A DNA stretch of 64,000 bases from Candidatus Geothermarchaeota archaeon (lineage in GTDB: Archaea > Thermoproteota > Nitrososphaeria > Geothermarchaeales > JDFR-13), in the NCBI GenBank assembly GCA_015523545.1, contig WAKB01000001.1:66159-130158 (forward strand), read 5' to 3'. Under the pieces are notes generated by a model. The model did not search any database. It saw only the letters and a program-made list of their open reading frames with translations, and was not told the origin of the DNA. Every line of letters starts with the position of its first letter. Positions within the stretch are counted from its first letter, which is position 1. Made by a program: the position numbers and the translations under genes. Below are positions 35,277 through 44,312 of this stretch, one piece after another.

Positions 35277-36125
35277 ATGATGACCAGGGAAATTCTTGCG
35301 TACATCTCATTATCCCTAATCCTTTTTTATGGTATTACATATGCGGTCCCACTCTTTGAGGAAAGTACCTACTTTATATATGAGGGTATATTTAGCATAA
35401 ACTCAGTATTAGGCGGTAGGTATTTTGATAATCATGAAATAATTGGTTTTACATTTAAGGGTTATCTGATAATTGAAGTAAAGAAAAATATGGTCAATGA
35501 CATATTCCTTTCAATGAAAATATTGACTGAAAAAGAACTTTCTCAAAAAATATCAGCATTGATTCTTAGTGAAAAAACTATTAGAGTATCGAGGGAGGGT
35601 GTACTCGTCCATATAGATAACCAAGTTCTGCCATATCTACTTATTGTCGATTTTGACTATTTTACCAAACCTTCTGTAACTTTTAATATCTCTTTTGATG
35701 GCAAAACTAACATCTCAATGTATGATTTCAAACTAAGTGAGGAAGAAGGAGGAATAACTCTTAGAATGAAGTATTTTTTGTCAACAGTGGTTCCATCAGA
35801 AACAGATTATGTATATACTGAAGGCACATTTGATGGCTATGCTAAAGTCGCAACATATTCCCATTATGGGTATGCCAAGAGTTATAGCTTCTATATAGTC
35901 CCGTTCTTTGAAGAAGGACTTGCTATAGACTTTGATGGGAGGCTTGTCGATACTAATGCTGAGAGGGAGCCTGTGGATATGGTGGCGGCTCTCCTAGAGG
36001 GCTACCTTAGGTTCCTGGTGTTCAGCCTTGGGCCTCTGGGCCTCGCCATATACTATGGCACAATGATACTCGCCGCTGGTCTAGTGGCTGCTTTTGTCTA
36101 CTGGCTTGTCAGGAGGCTTAGGTAG
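35277..36125 (+). CDS. hypothetical type-I membrane protein (AT-rich ectodomain, GC-normal C-terminal anchor)
   Basis: 282 aa with an N-terminal signal and the C-terminal TM LGPLGLAIYYGTMILAAGLVAAFVYWLV followed by RRLR. Confidence 0.6.
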   Translation: MMTREILAYISLSLILFYGITYAVPLFEESTYFIYEGIFSINSVLGGRYFDNHEIIGFTFKGYLIIEVKKNMVNDIFLSMKILTEKELSQKISALILSEKTIRVSREGVLVHIDNQVLPYLLIVDFDYFTKPSVTFNISFDGKTNISMYDFKLSEEEGGITLRMKYFLSTVVPSETDYVYTEGTFDGYAKVATYSHYGYAKSYSFYIVPFFEEGLAIDFDGRLVDTNAEREPVDMVAALLEGYLRFLVFSLGPLGLAIYYGTMILAAGLVAAFVYWLVRRLR

Positions 36126-37023
36126 GGTTTTGGCGGGGCCTCCACCTCGATAACCTCCTGTCGAACTCCTCGTACTCCTCGTAGCCTATCAGCCTGTAGA
36201 ACTCCCTCCTCTCCATCAGCCTGTCTAGGAAGGGTTTCTGGGTCCCATGCTCCCTGAGGGCCTGGTATATCTCCAATGCGTTCTTGGCGTTGGCCCTGAA
36301 TACGGTGACTGGGAATACTACGAACTTAACACCCACACTCCTAAACTCCTCGTGGCTGATGTATGGCGTCCTCCCAAACTCCGTCATGTTGGCCAGGATG
36401 GGTGCGTCGACCTTCTCCACGAATATCCTATACTCCTCCAGGCTCTCCAGTGCTTCGGGGAATATTATGTCCGCCCCCGCCTCGACGTATAGCTTCGCCC
36501 TCCTCAGAGCCTCCTCCAGGCCGTAAACATTCCTGGCGTCTGTCCTCGCGACTATTAGGAAGTCCCTACTCCTCCTAGCCTCGACAGCCGCCCTGATCTT
36601 CCTAGCCATTTCCATCGGGTTCACCAGCTCCTTCCCCGAGAGGTGTCCACACTTCTTGGGGAGCACCTGATCCTCGATCTGTATCGCCGCTGCCCCCGCG
36701 TCCTCCAGCTCCCTAACAGCCCTGGCAACGTTCAAGACCTCCCCGAAACCCGTGTCGGCATCGACTATCAGGGGGATGCCCGCCACCCTGGTGATCAGCC
36801 GTGTGAAGAATACGAGCTCGGAGAGGGTTATGAGCCCGAGGTCCGGCATGGCTAGGCTCCCTGTCAGGGCGGCCCCGCTTAGATATATAGCCCTATAGCC
36901 CAGCCTCTCAGCCAGTAGGGCTGTGAATGGGTTGTATACCCCGGGCACTATATATGTCTCCCCATCCCCTAGAAGCCGCCGCAACACCGGCTTGGTATCA
37001 CCCGTGGGTAGGAGGTGCCTCAT
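36118..37023 (-). CDS. prpB: 2-methylisocitrate lyase (isocitrate lyase/PEP mutase family)
   Basis: Contains DADTGFG, QIEDQVLPKKCGHLSGKELV and ARTDA. It sits next to prpD. Confidence 0.85.
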   Translation of the reverse strand: MRHLLPTGDTKPVLRRLLGDGETYIVPGVYNPFTALLAERLGYRAIYLSGAALTGSLAMPDLGLITLSELVFFTRLITRVAGIPLIVDADTGFGEVLNVARAVRELEDAGAAAIQIEDQVLPKKCGHLSGKELVNPMEMARKIRAAVEARRSRDFLIVARTDARNVYGLEEALRRAKLYVEAGADIIFPEALESLEEYRIFVEKVDAPILANMTEFGRTPYISHEEFRSVGVKFVVFPVTVFRANAKNALEIYQALREHGTQKPFLDRLMERREFYRLIGYEEYEEFDRRLSRWRPRQNPT

Positions 37024-37024
37024 A

Positions 37025-38407
37025 CTAGATCACCAGTAGCTCTAGGAGCTCGTAGTAGTTGTGCTTCTCGAAGTTCATCGTGACCTTGATAATCTCCTCA
37101 ATCACGTCTTCTGGGTAGTAGGGCCTGAGTAGGCGGAAGACCTTCTCCCTGAGGAGGTCGTCGACGTTGTGTCCGGAGCCTGGGTAGCCCCTTGGCCTGG
37201 TTACGAGGCTCTCGAGGACTGTTCCATCCCTCAGCCTGACAACCACCTTGTTGGGCACCTCCCTCGGGTAGAGCCTGTCGAGCTCCGGGTCGACCTTGAC
37301 ATCCATCTTGGCCATCACCCTCTTGATATCCTCACTCCTAAGTTTGTCCATGCTGTAGGCGTCTAGCCAGATATCCCCGTGTAGGAGGGTGTATGCCACT
37401 ATGTATGGTAGGCTATGGTCAGCCGTCTCCCTATTCTCCGGCCTCCACTTCTCGGGGTGCTTAACGATTATGTCGTAGGTCGCCTGCACAGTATATACCT
37501 CCACCCTCTCGATCTCCTCAGGCCTGAGAGGCCTCCCACCCAGCAGCTCCAGCACAGCATCAACTGCCGACTGGGCATGGTACTCCACCGGGTGGAACTT
37601 CATATATGTCCTGAGTATCCCGGTGGGCTCAGGCCTCTCCCTAAGCTCCTTTATAGGGCTGGGGTCGAACTCTATGCCGAGCTGGTTTATAAACCCCATC
37701 TCACCTGTAAAGGGCTCCGCAGGCCCCTCATAACCAGCCCTGGCCAGGTATGTCGCGTACATCGCGTGTCTACAGGCATCGGCGGCTGCCGAGGCCTTCC
37801 ACATCGTTATCCTTCCTGCACGGGTCTGCCTAAGGGCTATATGTGGGACAACAGCTATGGCCAGGGCCTCCGCCGCCATCTCCTTAGAGAGTTTTAATAG
37901 GTTTGAGAGTGCCGCCACGGCCCCAATCATGGTGAAGTTTACGTGGTCCCACCCCTTCACACGTAGGGAGGCTGAGTCGCAGAGCCTGACACCCACCTCA
38001 TAACCCACTGCGATAGCCGTCAATAGGTCGCCCTCCGGAGCCCCAGACTCCTCCAACGCTGCTGCGAGTACACCTATCATGTCGCTGGGGTGTAGGGGCT
38101 CCTTCGATAGATAGGTATCGTTGAAGTCGAGGGCCCGGGTCATGGTGCTGTTCACGAAGCCCGCATACTCGGGGAGGGTGGTGAAGTGGGTGAACCATAT
38201 TGTCGAGCCGAGCTCCAAGGGGTATAGGCCTAGGAACGCCTTCCTTAAGACCTGGACTGGTTTGAAGGGTAGGGAGGCTGCCGACACGGCTATGGAGTCT
38301 AGGAGGCGTCTCTTAGCCTCCAGTATAGCCTCTATAGGTATGTCCTCCCAGGATATGCTCGTTGCATACTCCGCGATAGCCTCCTGTATATAGTCGTACC
38401 GACTCAT
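37025..38407 (-). CDS. prpD: 2-methylcitrate dehydratase (MmgE/PrpD family)
   Basis: 460 aa with PrpD-family length and layout. It ends 1 nt upstream of the prpB start. Confidence 0.8.
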   Translation of the reverse strand: MSRYDYIQEAIAEYATSISWEDIPIEAILEAKRRLLDSIAVSAASLPFKPVQVLRKAFLGLYPLELGSTIWFTHFTTLPEYAGFVNSTMTRALDFNDTYLSKEPLHPSDMIGVLAAALEESGAPEGDLLTAIAVGYEVGVRLCDSASLRVKGWDHVNFTMIGAVAALSNLLKLSKEMAAEALAIAVVPHIALRQTRAGRITMWKASAAADACRHAMYATYLARAGYEGPAEPFTGEMGFINQLGIEFDPSPIKELRERPEPTGILRTYMKFHPVEYHAQSAVDAVLELLGGRPLRPEEIERVEVYTVQATYDIIVKHPEKWRPENRETADHSLPYIVAYTLLHGDIWLDAYSMDKLRSEDIKRVMAKMDVKVDPELDRLYPREVPNKVVVRLRDGTVLESLVTRPRGYPGSGHNVDDLLREKVFRLLRPYYPEDVIEEIIKVTMNFEKHNYYELLELLVI

Positions 38408-38484
38408 GTAAACAGAATCCCAGACAGCGTTATATGAATAGTGGCTATCGAGGAAATAATTATAAAAGAGGTGGAGGATCGCGG

Positions 38485-39198
38485 CTATGCACGGAGCCCG
38501 CTTAGGAACTCGCTGAGTGGTACATCACTAACCTGGGTTGCCCAGCTGGGTACTGGGACGTCACCCGCGAAGGGTTTGAGGCTAACCCTGCCATCCTCCA
38601 CCTTGAAGACCAGGAGGTCTGGGATGTATATCGGCTTATCCCTGAGGAGGCCAGCCATAAACGCCATGTTGGATGGTATACCCTCAGGACCCAGCCTCCC
38701 GTTTATCGCCATTATGACCGTCTCCCCAGGCCTGTATAGGACATCCGTACTCTTCACAGCCATCTTCCCAGTATCGGGGTCGTAGCCATATGACCAGAGG
38801 AAGATGTAGAACCTATCCTCTGGTAACTCGCCCCTGAGAACCTGCTTCACCTCAAGGAGTACAAGTGTATTTAAACGCTTGACCTCCCGTGAGCCCAGCC
38901 TCTCAACAGTTATGTAGGTACTCAGCTCCCTAACCTCAGCCACCACGAGGGCTATACCCCTCTCATTCAGAAACTCCTCGAGATCCGCTGGGAAGGCGTC
39001 ATGCCTAATCAGTGGCTCCGAGGTCACCACGTATTCAGTTGGGAGTGGTCTCTCACCGATTAGGCTCGGCTCCTCCCCAGGACTATATTTATAGACAGCT
39101 ACGCTGGGCTGCCCCTGCTGGAAAAGGGGCATCCCTGGGAAAACAAGTATCATGGTGATGCTTGCTAGGAGCACTGCTATCAGTGGGAGTGTCTTCAT
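38485..39198 (-). CDS. secreted hypothetical protein
   Basis: 237 aa with the signal peptide MKTLPLIAVLLASITMILVFPG. No motif recognised. Confidence 0.6.
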   Translation of the reverse strand: MKTLPLIAVLLASITMILVFPGMPLFQQGQPSVAVYKYSPGEEPSLIGERPLPTEYVVTSEPLIRHDAFPADLEEFLNERGIALVVAEVRELSTYITVERLGSREVKRLNTLVLLEVKQVLRGELPEDRFYIFLWSYGYDPDTGKMAVKSTDVLYRPGETVIMAINGRLGPEGIPSNMAFMAGLLRDKPIYIPDLLVFKVEDGRVSLKPFAGDVPVPSWATQVSDVPLSEFLSGLRA

Positions 39199-39353
39199 CT
39201 AATCCCCACTACGTATCTATATCCCTCTAAATATATTAGTATAGAGATTTGTACACCGATAATTCTTCTATAGATTGTTAACTAATTGTTAAGCCATTTC
39301 CCAAGATAGTTATTGACCTAGCCTATACCCCGTAATATATTCCTGACCCGTGG

Positions 39354-40520
39354 ATGAATATCTACATGGCGGAGGAGAGGGTGTCTATCTATAGGGGGTT
39401 GAAGAACGTCTATGTGGCTGAGTCCAAGATCTGCCTGATCGACCATGAGAGGGGTAAGATCTACTACTATGGATATGACCTTGACGAGCTGGCACAGAAG
39501 AGTAGTTATGAGGAGGTCCTCTACCTACTCCTCCATGGTAGGCTACCCACAAGGAGGGAGTTCCAAGAGTTCCTGGATAGGATAAGGGGGTCTATGCGGC
39601 TCGACCCCGAGGTCCTAGAGGTTATGAAGCGGGTTCCAAAGGATATCGATATGATGGAGGCCCTACGCACAGTGGTTTCGTACATGGGGAACCTCCGGAG
39701 CCGTGGACCGGAGTATACACGTGAGGACGTCGTGGACTATACCATAGACCTCGTTGCCAAGATGCCGAGCATTATAGGTGGGCTATACAGGATGTGGAGG
39801 GGTGAGGAGCCCCTCGAGCCTAGAGAGGATCTAAGCCTGGCCGCCAACCTCCTATACCTCATAACTGGGAGGGAGTATGACGAGAGGGATGTCAGGGGCC
39901 TAGACATGAGCCTAATCCTCTATGCGGAGCATGGTATGAACGCCTCCACCTTCGCAGCCGTAGTGGTAGCATCAACAGGTAGTGACTACTACTCCTCCAT
40001 AGTCGCTGGTATAGGGGCTCTTAGGGGGCCGCTACATGGATACGCCAACACCGGTGCATTGGAGCAGTTCCTAGAGATAGGAGACCCCTCCAATGTTGAG
40101 AGGTGGTTCAAGGAGAATATTGAGAGTAGGAAGAGGAGGCTGATAGGGTTTGGCCACAGGCTATACAGGATACACGACCCCAGGGCGAAGCACTACAGGA
40201 GGTGGCTAGAGGAGAATAGGGAGAGGTTCGACGAGGAGACCCGGCGGGTATACGAGACAGCTATGAAGCTCTACGAGGTGGCTATGAACAGCTTCTTAAC
40301 CGAGAAGGGAATATATCCCAACTGTGACTACTGGAGCGCCCTACTATACTATGTCCTTAAACTCCCGAAGGAGGTCTACACACCAATATTCGCAATGTCA
40401 CGAATAGCCGGGTGGAGCAGCCACATAGCAGAGTACCGTGAGGACAATATACTGATAAGGCCTAAGGCATACTACATTGGCGAGAGAGACAAAAAATATG
40501 TGCCCCTCGATGAGAGGTAG
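39354..40520 (+). CDS. citrate synthase / 2-methylcitrate synthase
   Basis: Signature GFGHRLYRIHDPRA. 388 aa, with typical small-type citrate synthase layout. Confidence 0.9.
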   Translation: MNIYMAEERVSIYRGLKNVYVAESKICLIDHERGKIYYYGYDLDELAQKSSYEEVLYLLLHGRLPTRREFQEFLDRIRGSMRLDPEVLEVMKRVPKDIDMMEALRTVVSYMGNLRSRGPEYTREDVVDYTIDLVAKMPSIIGGLYRMWRGEEPLEPREDLSLAANLLYLITGREYDERDVRGLDMSLILYAEHGMNASTFAAVVVASTGSDYYSSIVAGIGALRGPLHGYANTGALEQFLEIGDPSNVERWFKENIESRKRRLIGFGHRLYRIHDPRAKHYRRWLEENRERFDEETRRVYETAMKLYEVAMNSFLTEKGIYPNCDYWSALLYYVLKLPKEVYTPIFAMSRIAGWSSHIAEYREDNILIRPKAYYIGERDKKYVPLDER

Positions 40521-40524
40521 CCGG

Positions 40525-41751
40525 TTACAGCCTAACCAAGCCTATGCTGGAGGAGCCTGTCCCGACCTTATATAACACCACATATACTTCTCCATTCCCC
40601 TCAGCCATGCCTAGCAGGTTATAGCTACCACTGATAACATCAGTATCAAGTACCTCTCCACCAGGCATCTTCACCAGTGCTAGATAGGTATTAGAGAAAC
40701 GCTGACCAACCAGTAGATAATGATCACCACCTACATGTATCATATTCCTCATTATCACTACCTCCTCAAAGGGATTTGGTAGGATTCCGACTGTAGGGGA
40801 TAGGGCCTCGAGATCTATGAACTGGACCTCGCTGCTTTCATCGGCATAGATCACAGTGAAGAATATCTTTCCATCGGAAGCTCCCAGGGGAAGTATGTCT
40901 ACAACGGGTGTGTCCCCACCTTGTATAGGGTATTCAAAGACTGTCTTGTTCTCGACAATGTTATACACCACAACCTTTAAGCCGGAGTCGTATCTAGTAA
41001 CCGCGATAAAGTAGTCACCAGCCACACCGAACCTTACGGTCCCATCGATCCTCGTCAGGAACTTCTTCCCCGTCTCATCAACAAGGTATATCTCGTCATA
41101 GGGATATAGGGACATGACCCTAACCAGCAAACCATCACCAACAGGATAGACGCTTATGGGTGAGACGCTGAAGTAGAAGGATCTCTCTACGACCAGATCA
41201 CCATCTACTAGGCGTAGGATACTAACATTACCATCGACCACGGCAATAATGCGGTTCCCCATGACGAAGACCCTTGGAGAAGCGCCGCTACCCAGTGTAA
41301 CAGATGCCTCCAACTCCCAGTCAACTCCATATACCCCGATCCATAGCTCGCTATCCAGGCCGTTTGATAATAGGGCTGGTACCACCACCATATCGCCTAG
41401 GAACCGGGGCTCTAGAAATCCTAGACTCGAATATCCGATAAGTGTTGGGAAACTCTCTAGAGAGCGTGTATCAACCCGACCATCACCGAGCCCGACAATC
41501 ACTATAGATACTCCGGGTTCACTACTTAGACCCACAACATATATCTTACCACCAACAATCCCGACGTCAGTGGGGATATGGAGGTTTTTAACAGCAATAT
41601 TCTCTAGAGTTATTCCTGAGGCGGGAGGCCCAGTAGCTGGTATGCCAGAAAATAGTGGGAGCCACTCCATCAGCATTATCAGGATGACTATTAGACCAAC
41701 GGCTACAAGGATAGCGATAGGAACCCTCCTATCCCTATGATTTTCACTCAT
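40525..41751 (-). CDS. N-terminally membrane-anchored hypothetical protein, beta-rich (possibly propeller-like)
   Basis: 408 aa with the TM helix VPIAILVAVGLIVILIMLMEWLPLF, followed by recurring short beta-strand/Gly-Asp patterns. Confidence 0.6.
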   Translation of the reverse strand: MSENHRDRRVPIAILVAVGLIVILIMLMEWLPLFSGIPATGPPASGITLENIAVKNLHIPTDVGIVGGKIYVVGLSSEPGVSIVIVGLGDGRVDTRSLESFPTLIGYSSLGFLEPRFLGDMVVVPALLSNGLDSELWIGVYGVDWELEASVTLGSGASPRVFVMGNRIIAVVDGNVSILRLVDGDLVVERSFYFSVSPISVYPVGDGLLVRVMSLYPYDEIYLVDETGKKFLTRIDGTVRFGVAGDYFIAVTRYDSGLKVVVYNIVENKTVFEYPIQGGDTPVVDILPLGASDGKIFFTVIYADESSEVQFIDLEALSPTVGILPNPFEEVVIMRNMIHVGGDHYLLVGQRFSNTYLALVKMPGGEVLDTDVISGSYNLLGMAEGNGEVYVVLYKVGTGSSSIGLVRL

Positions 41752-41887
41752 GCTTATCCCTATCCCTCTTACTAAAATTATATGTCATTAAGGTTTGTAA
41801 ATAATCGATACTGATGTCATTACTATACCAAGTAGTGAGGAATCACATCTAATAGTCGCTATGGATTGGCCAGCAACTACTGATAAG

Positions 41888-43120
41888 CTATGTGCCTCTA
41901 GGCAGTCCCAGTACGTGTCTCGCTATGTAGTTTAGGGCTAGTTGCTGGGTTACCGGTGCCAGTCTGAGTAGGTTTATCTCTCTCCACCAGCGCTCTACAT
42001 CGAACTCCCTAGCATAGCCGTAGCCCCCGAAGGTCTGCATGGCCCAGTAGACGGCCTCTATCCCCGCCTCTATAGCTACGTACTTCGCTATGTTGCTGTT
42101 CCTCCCAACCTCTGATAGGCCTGTAGACCTCGAGACGACCTCGTCGAAGCTCTTCGGATCCCTCGGCGGGGCCAGCCTGTCATACGTGGCTGCCGCCCTA
42201 TAGGCTAGTAGGCGTGCCCCCTCGAGCATGGCGTAGGACCTGGCTAGTGGGTGCTGGACAGCCTGGTAGGAGCCTATAGGCCGGTCGAAGACGACCCTGT
42301 TCTTGGCATACTCAACAGCCTTTGAGAGGGCTAGGTATCCAATGGCTGTAGCGCCTATAGCGAAGCCTATCCTCTCAGGGTTCAGTATATCTAGGAGGAC
42401 GTACCAACCAGCGTCGAGGGGGCCTAGGAGGTTCTCCTCGGGTATCCTGAGATCCTCTATATAGACCTCGCATGACTTGCTGTAGTTAATCCCATGCTTA
42501 GGGATCGGGCTATACCTAACATTCTTACTCGGCATATCCACTATGAAGAGTGATAGGCCTAGGCTCCTCCTCCCAGTCTCCTCGGGACTCTTTGTACGGG
42601 CCACTAGGATGAAGGCCCCCGCCCTATCGATCCCGCTTATAAATACCTTCCTCCCATTCACAACATACTCGTCACCCTCCTTCACGGCAGTCGTCTTTAT
42701 CAATAGGGTGTTGGAGCCTACATCCGGCTCGGTCAGGGCCAGGGCACCCTCTATCCTCCCCTCCGCTATGCCCGGGAGATACTTCTCCTTCTGCTCCTTA
42801 GTACCGAACCTGGTTATGGGGAGGGCCAGGAATATCTCGGTAAGCATTATATACCATACACCGGCCATCCCCGCTCCGCCCCTCACGAGGCCCTCTATAG
42901 CGACGGCCAGCTCCTCCAGTCCATAGCCGCTCCCCCCATACTCCTGGGGGATCACTATACCCATGAACCCCTGCTCGGCTATCGCCCTGAAGAACTCCTC
43001 TGCAAACTCCTCCTTAAGATCCTTCTCCCTCCAGTACTCGGGTGGGAACTGGCTAGAGACCTCGTAGGCAGTCCTATATATAAGCTCCTTATCCCCTGAT
43101 AGGTCGGGAGGTATCTCCAT
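41888..43120 (-). CDS. acyl-CoA dehydrogenase
   Basis: 410 aa with the three ACAD domains and the C-terminal motif QTFGGYGYAREFDVERWWRE. Confidence 0.88.
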   Translation of the reverse strand: MEIPPDLSGDKELIYRTAYEVSSQFPPEYWREKDLKEEFAEEFFRAIAEQGFMGIVIPQEYGGSGYGLEELAVAIEGLVRGGAGMAGVWYIMLTEIFLALPITRFGTKEQKEKYLPGIAEGRIEGALALTEPDVGSNTLLIKTTAVKEGDEYVVNGRKVFISGIDRAGAFILVARTKSPEETGRRSLGLSLFIVDMPSKNVRYSPIPKHGINYSKSCEVYIEDLRIPEENLLGPLDAGWYVLLDILNPERIGFAIGATAIGYLALSKAVEYAKNRVVFDRPIGSYQAVQHPLARSYAMLEGARLLAYRAAATYDRLAPPRDPKSFDEVVSRSTGLSEVGRNSNIAKYVAIEAGIEAVYWAMQTFGGYGYAREFDVERWWREINLLRLAPVTQQLALNYIARHVLGLPRGT

Positions 43121-43153
43121 AGGAGACTATATCCAGTTCGGATGATTTAAGCA

Positions 43154-43516
43154 CTAGGGGCCAAGGGCTAATAGGAGAAGCTGATAGGCGACGAACATTA
43201 TGGTAAGGGGGATCAGGAGATACTTAAGACTCTCCTTCAAGCCCCTATATTCTCTCCGGGCTAGGAAAGCGAGGTATATCCCGACCCCAACAAGGAATAT
43301 CATGACGAGTATATCCCCATCGACCCCGAAGGTATCCATGACCCATCTGGCGAAGAGGGTGTAGGTAATGAATAGGATTGAGAAGTGGACAGCCAGCATA
43401 GCCCCCTTCCTAGCTCCACCGGCCTCTGAACCCCTATAGATGGTTATCCACCTCCTAGGTGCCCAAACAATAAACATTGTACAATATAGATGTGGATATA
43501 AGGCCCGATTCCGCAT
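43154..43516 (-). CDS. small membrane protein (start uncertain, probably the internal Met at about 43399)
   Basis: The C-terminal ~80 aa form three hydrophobic helices. The N-terminal 39 aa of the ORF look non-coding. Confidence 0.45.
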   Translation of the reverse strand: MRNRALYPHLYCTMFIVWAPRRWITIYRGSEAGGARKGAMLAVHFSILFITYTLFARWVMDTFGVDGDILVMIFLVGVGIYLAFLARREYRGLKESLKYLLIPLTIMFVAYQLLLLALGP

Positions 43517-43658
43517 CTAGATAGCCATCGACCGAAGACCCTTTATGGATGGCTCGCCACATACCGACCAAGAGGTTTCCGGATAGAAGGGGACTGGCTG
43601 GACACCGGTGACTTTACATATATATATGTGGTGGATGAGATGATTAGGGTGGGTCTTC

Positions 43659-43823
43659 ATGATGATCCAGATTAGTTTCGACGATGAGGCGGATGCATTA
43701 TACATAAAGCTTAGGGACGATGCAGTTGAAGAGTCTAGGGAGGTCGCCCCAGGAGTCATAATAGACTTTAATAGGGATGGGAGGGTTGTCGGCATAGAGG
43801 TTCTGAGGGGTGTAGATGGTTAG
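43659..43823 (+). CDS. DUF2283-like small protein (antitoxin-like), missing from the ORF track because it is under 60 aa
   Basis: Hand translation gives MMIQISFDDEADALYIKLRDDAVEESREVAPGVIIDFNRDGRVVGIEVLRGVDG*. The pattern YDxExDxLYIxL...D...G.vvGIEvL is characteristic. An in-frame stop lies at 43641-43643 upstream. Confidence 0.7.
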   Translation: MMIQISFDDEADALYIKLRDDAVEESREVAPGVIIDFNRDGRVVGIEVLRGVDG

Positions 43824-43853
43824 AGACCTGTTTCTCGGTTGTTGGAGGATGCC

Positions 43854-44309
43854 CTATACAGGGATTATAGCGACATAGTGGTACCCCTCAGGCTCTCTCT
43901 GCCTAACCTCGAGCCTCACCTCCATATCAGGCTTCAGTGAGTCGAAGTCCGTCTCCACTAGGCCTAGGACCTTGAAGCCTCCTACCTCGGCTACGCCCAC
44001 TATGTAGTCTGGGTAGTGGCTATGTGTCTTGGGCTTAACATTTATCTCTGTGTATGTCAGGAGCCTACCCACCCCCTCTATCCTCCTCTCCTCCAGGTCT
44101 CTTGAGCTACAGCTCCTACATATGGGGCCGGGTGGGTACTGCCTATATCCACAGGCCCTACATACCTGTCCAAGTATCACGCCCTCCTCCAGCATCCTAT
44201 AATACTTCTCCAGGCCGCCTAGGGAGCTCCTCAGGCTCAGTGGGAAGACCCTCTGATCCTCGAGGACCGGCATACCAGTCTTCTCATCCCTAGAGATCCT
44301 ATCCATCAC
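43854..44309 (-). CDS. DUF35 OB-fold/zinc-ribbon protein (thiolase-associated scaffold)
   Basis: Rubredoxin-like CRACGYRQYPPGPICRSCSS followed by an OB fold. It lies directly downstream of a thiolase gene. Confidence 0.85.
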   Translation of the reverse strand: MMDRISRDEKTGMPVLEDQRVFPLSLRSSLGGLEKYYRMLEEGVILGQVCRACGYRQYPPGPICRSCSSRDLEERRIEGVGRLLTYTEINVKPKTHSHYPDYIVGVAEVGGFKVLGLVETDFDSLKPDMEVRLEVRQREPEGYHYVAIIPV

Positions 44310-44312
44310 GCC

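Noticed and set aside
39260-39300. Tandem ttgttaac / ttgttaag motif in the spacer upstream of the citrate synthase gene, considered as an operator
   Set aside because: The motif is too short and AT-rich to distinguish from chance in a promoter region. I mention it only under the methylcitrate finding, not as a feature.
41752-41887. Possible C/D-box sRNA (tgatgtc ... ctga) in a 136-nt spacer
   Set aside because: The box spacing of about 70 nt, with no credible D-prime/C-prime pair, does not fit the 50-60-nt archaeal C/D architecture. This is more likely promoter sequence.
43517-43795. 92-aa minus-strand ORF from the track
   Set aside because: The product is low-complexity and rich in Ser, Thr and Pro. 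It lies antisense to a well-formed DUF2283-like ORF (43659-43823, plus strand). I treated it as a shadow frame.
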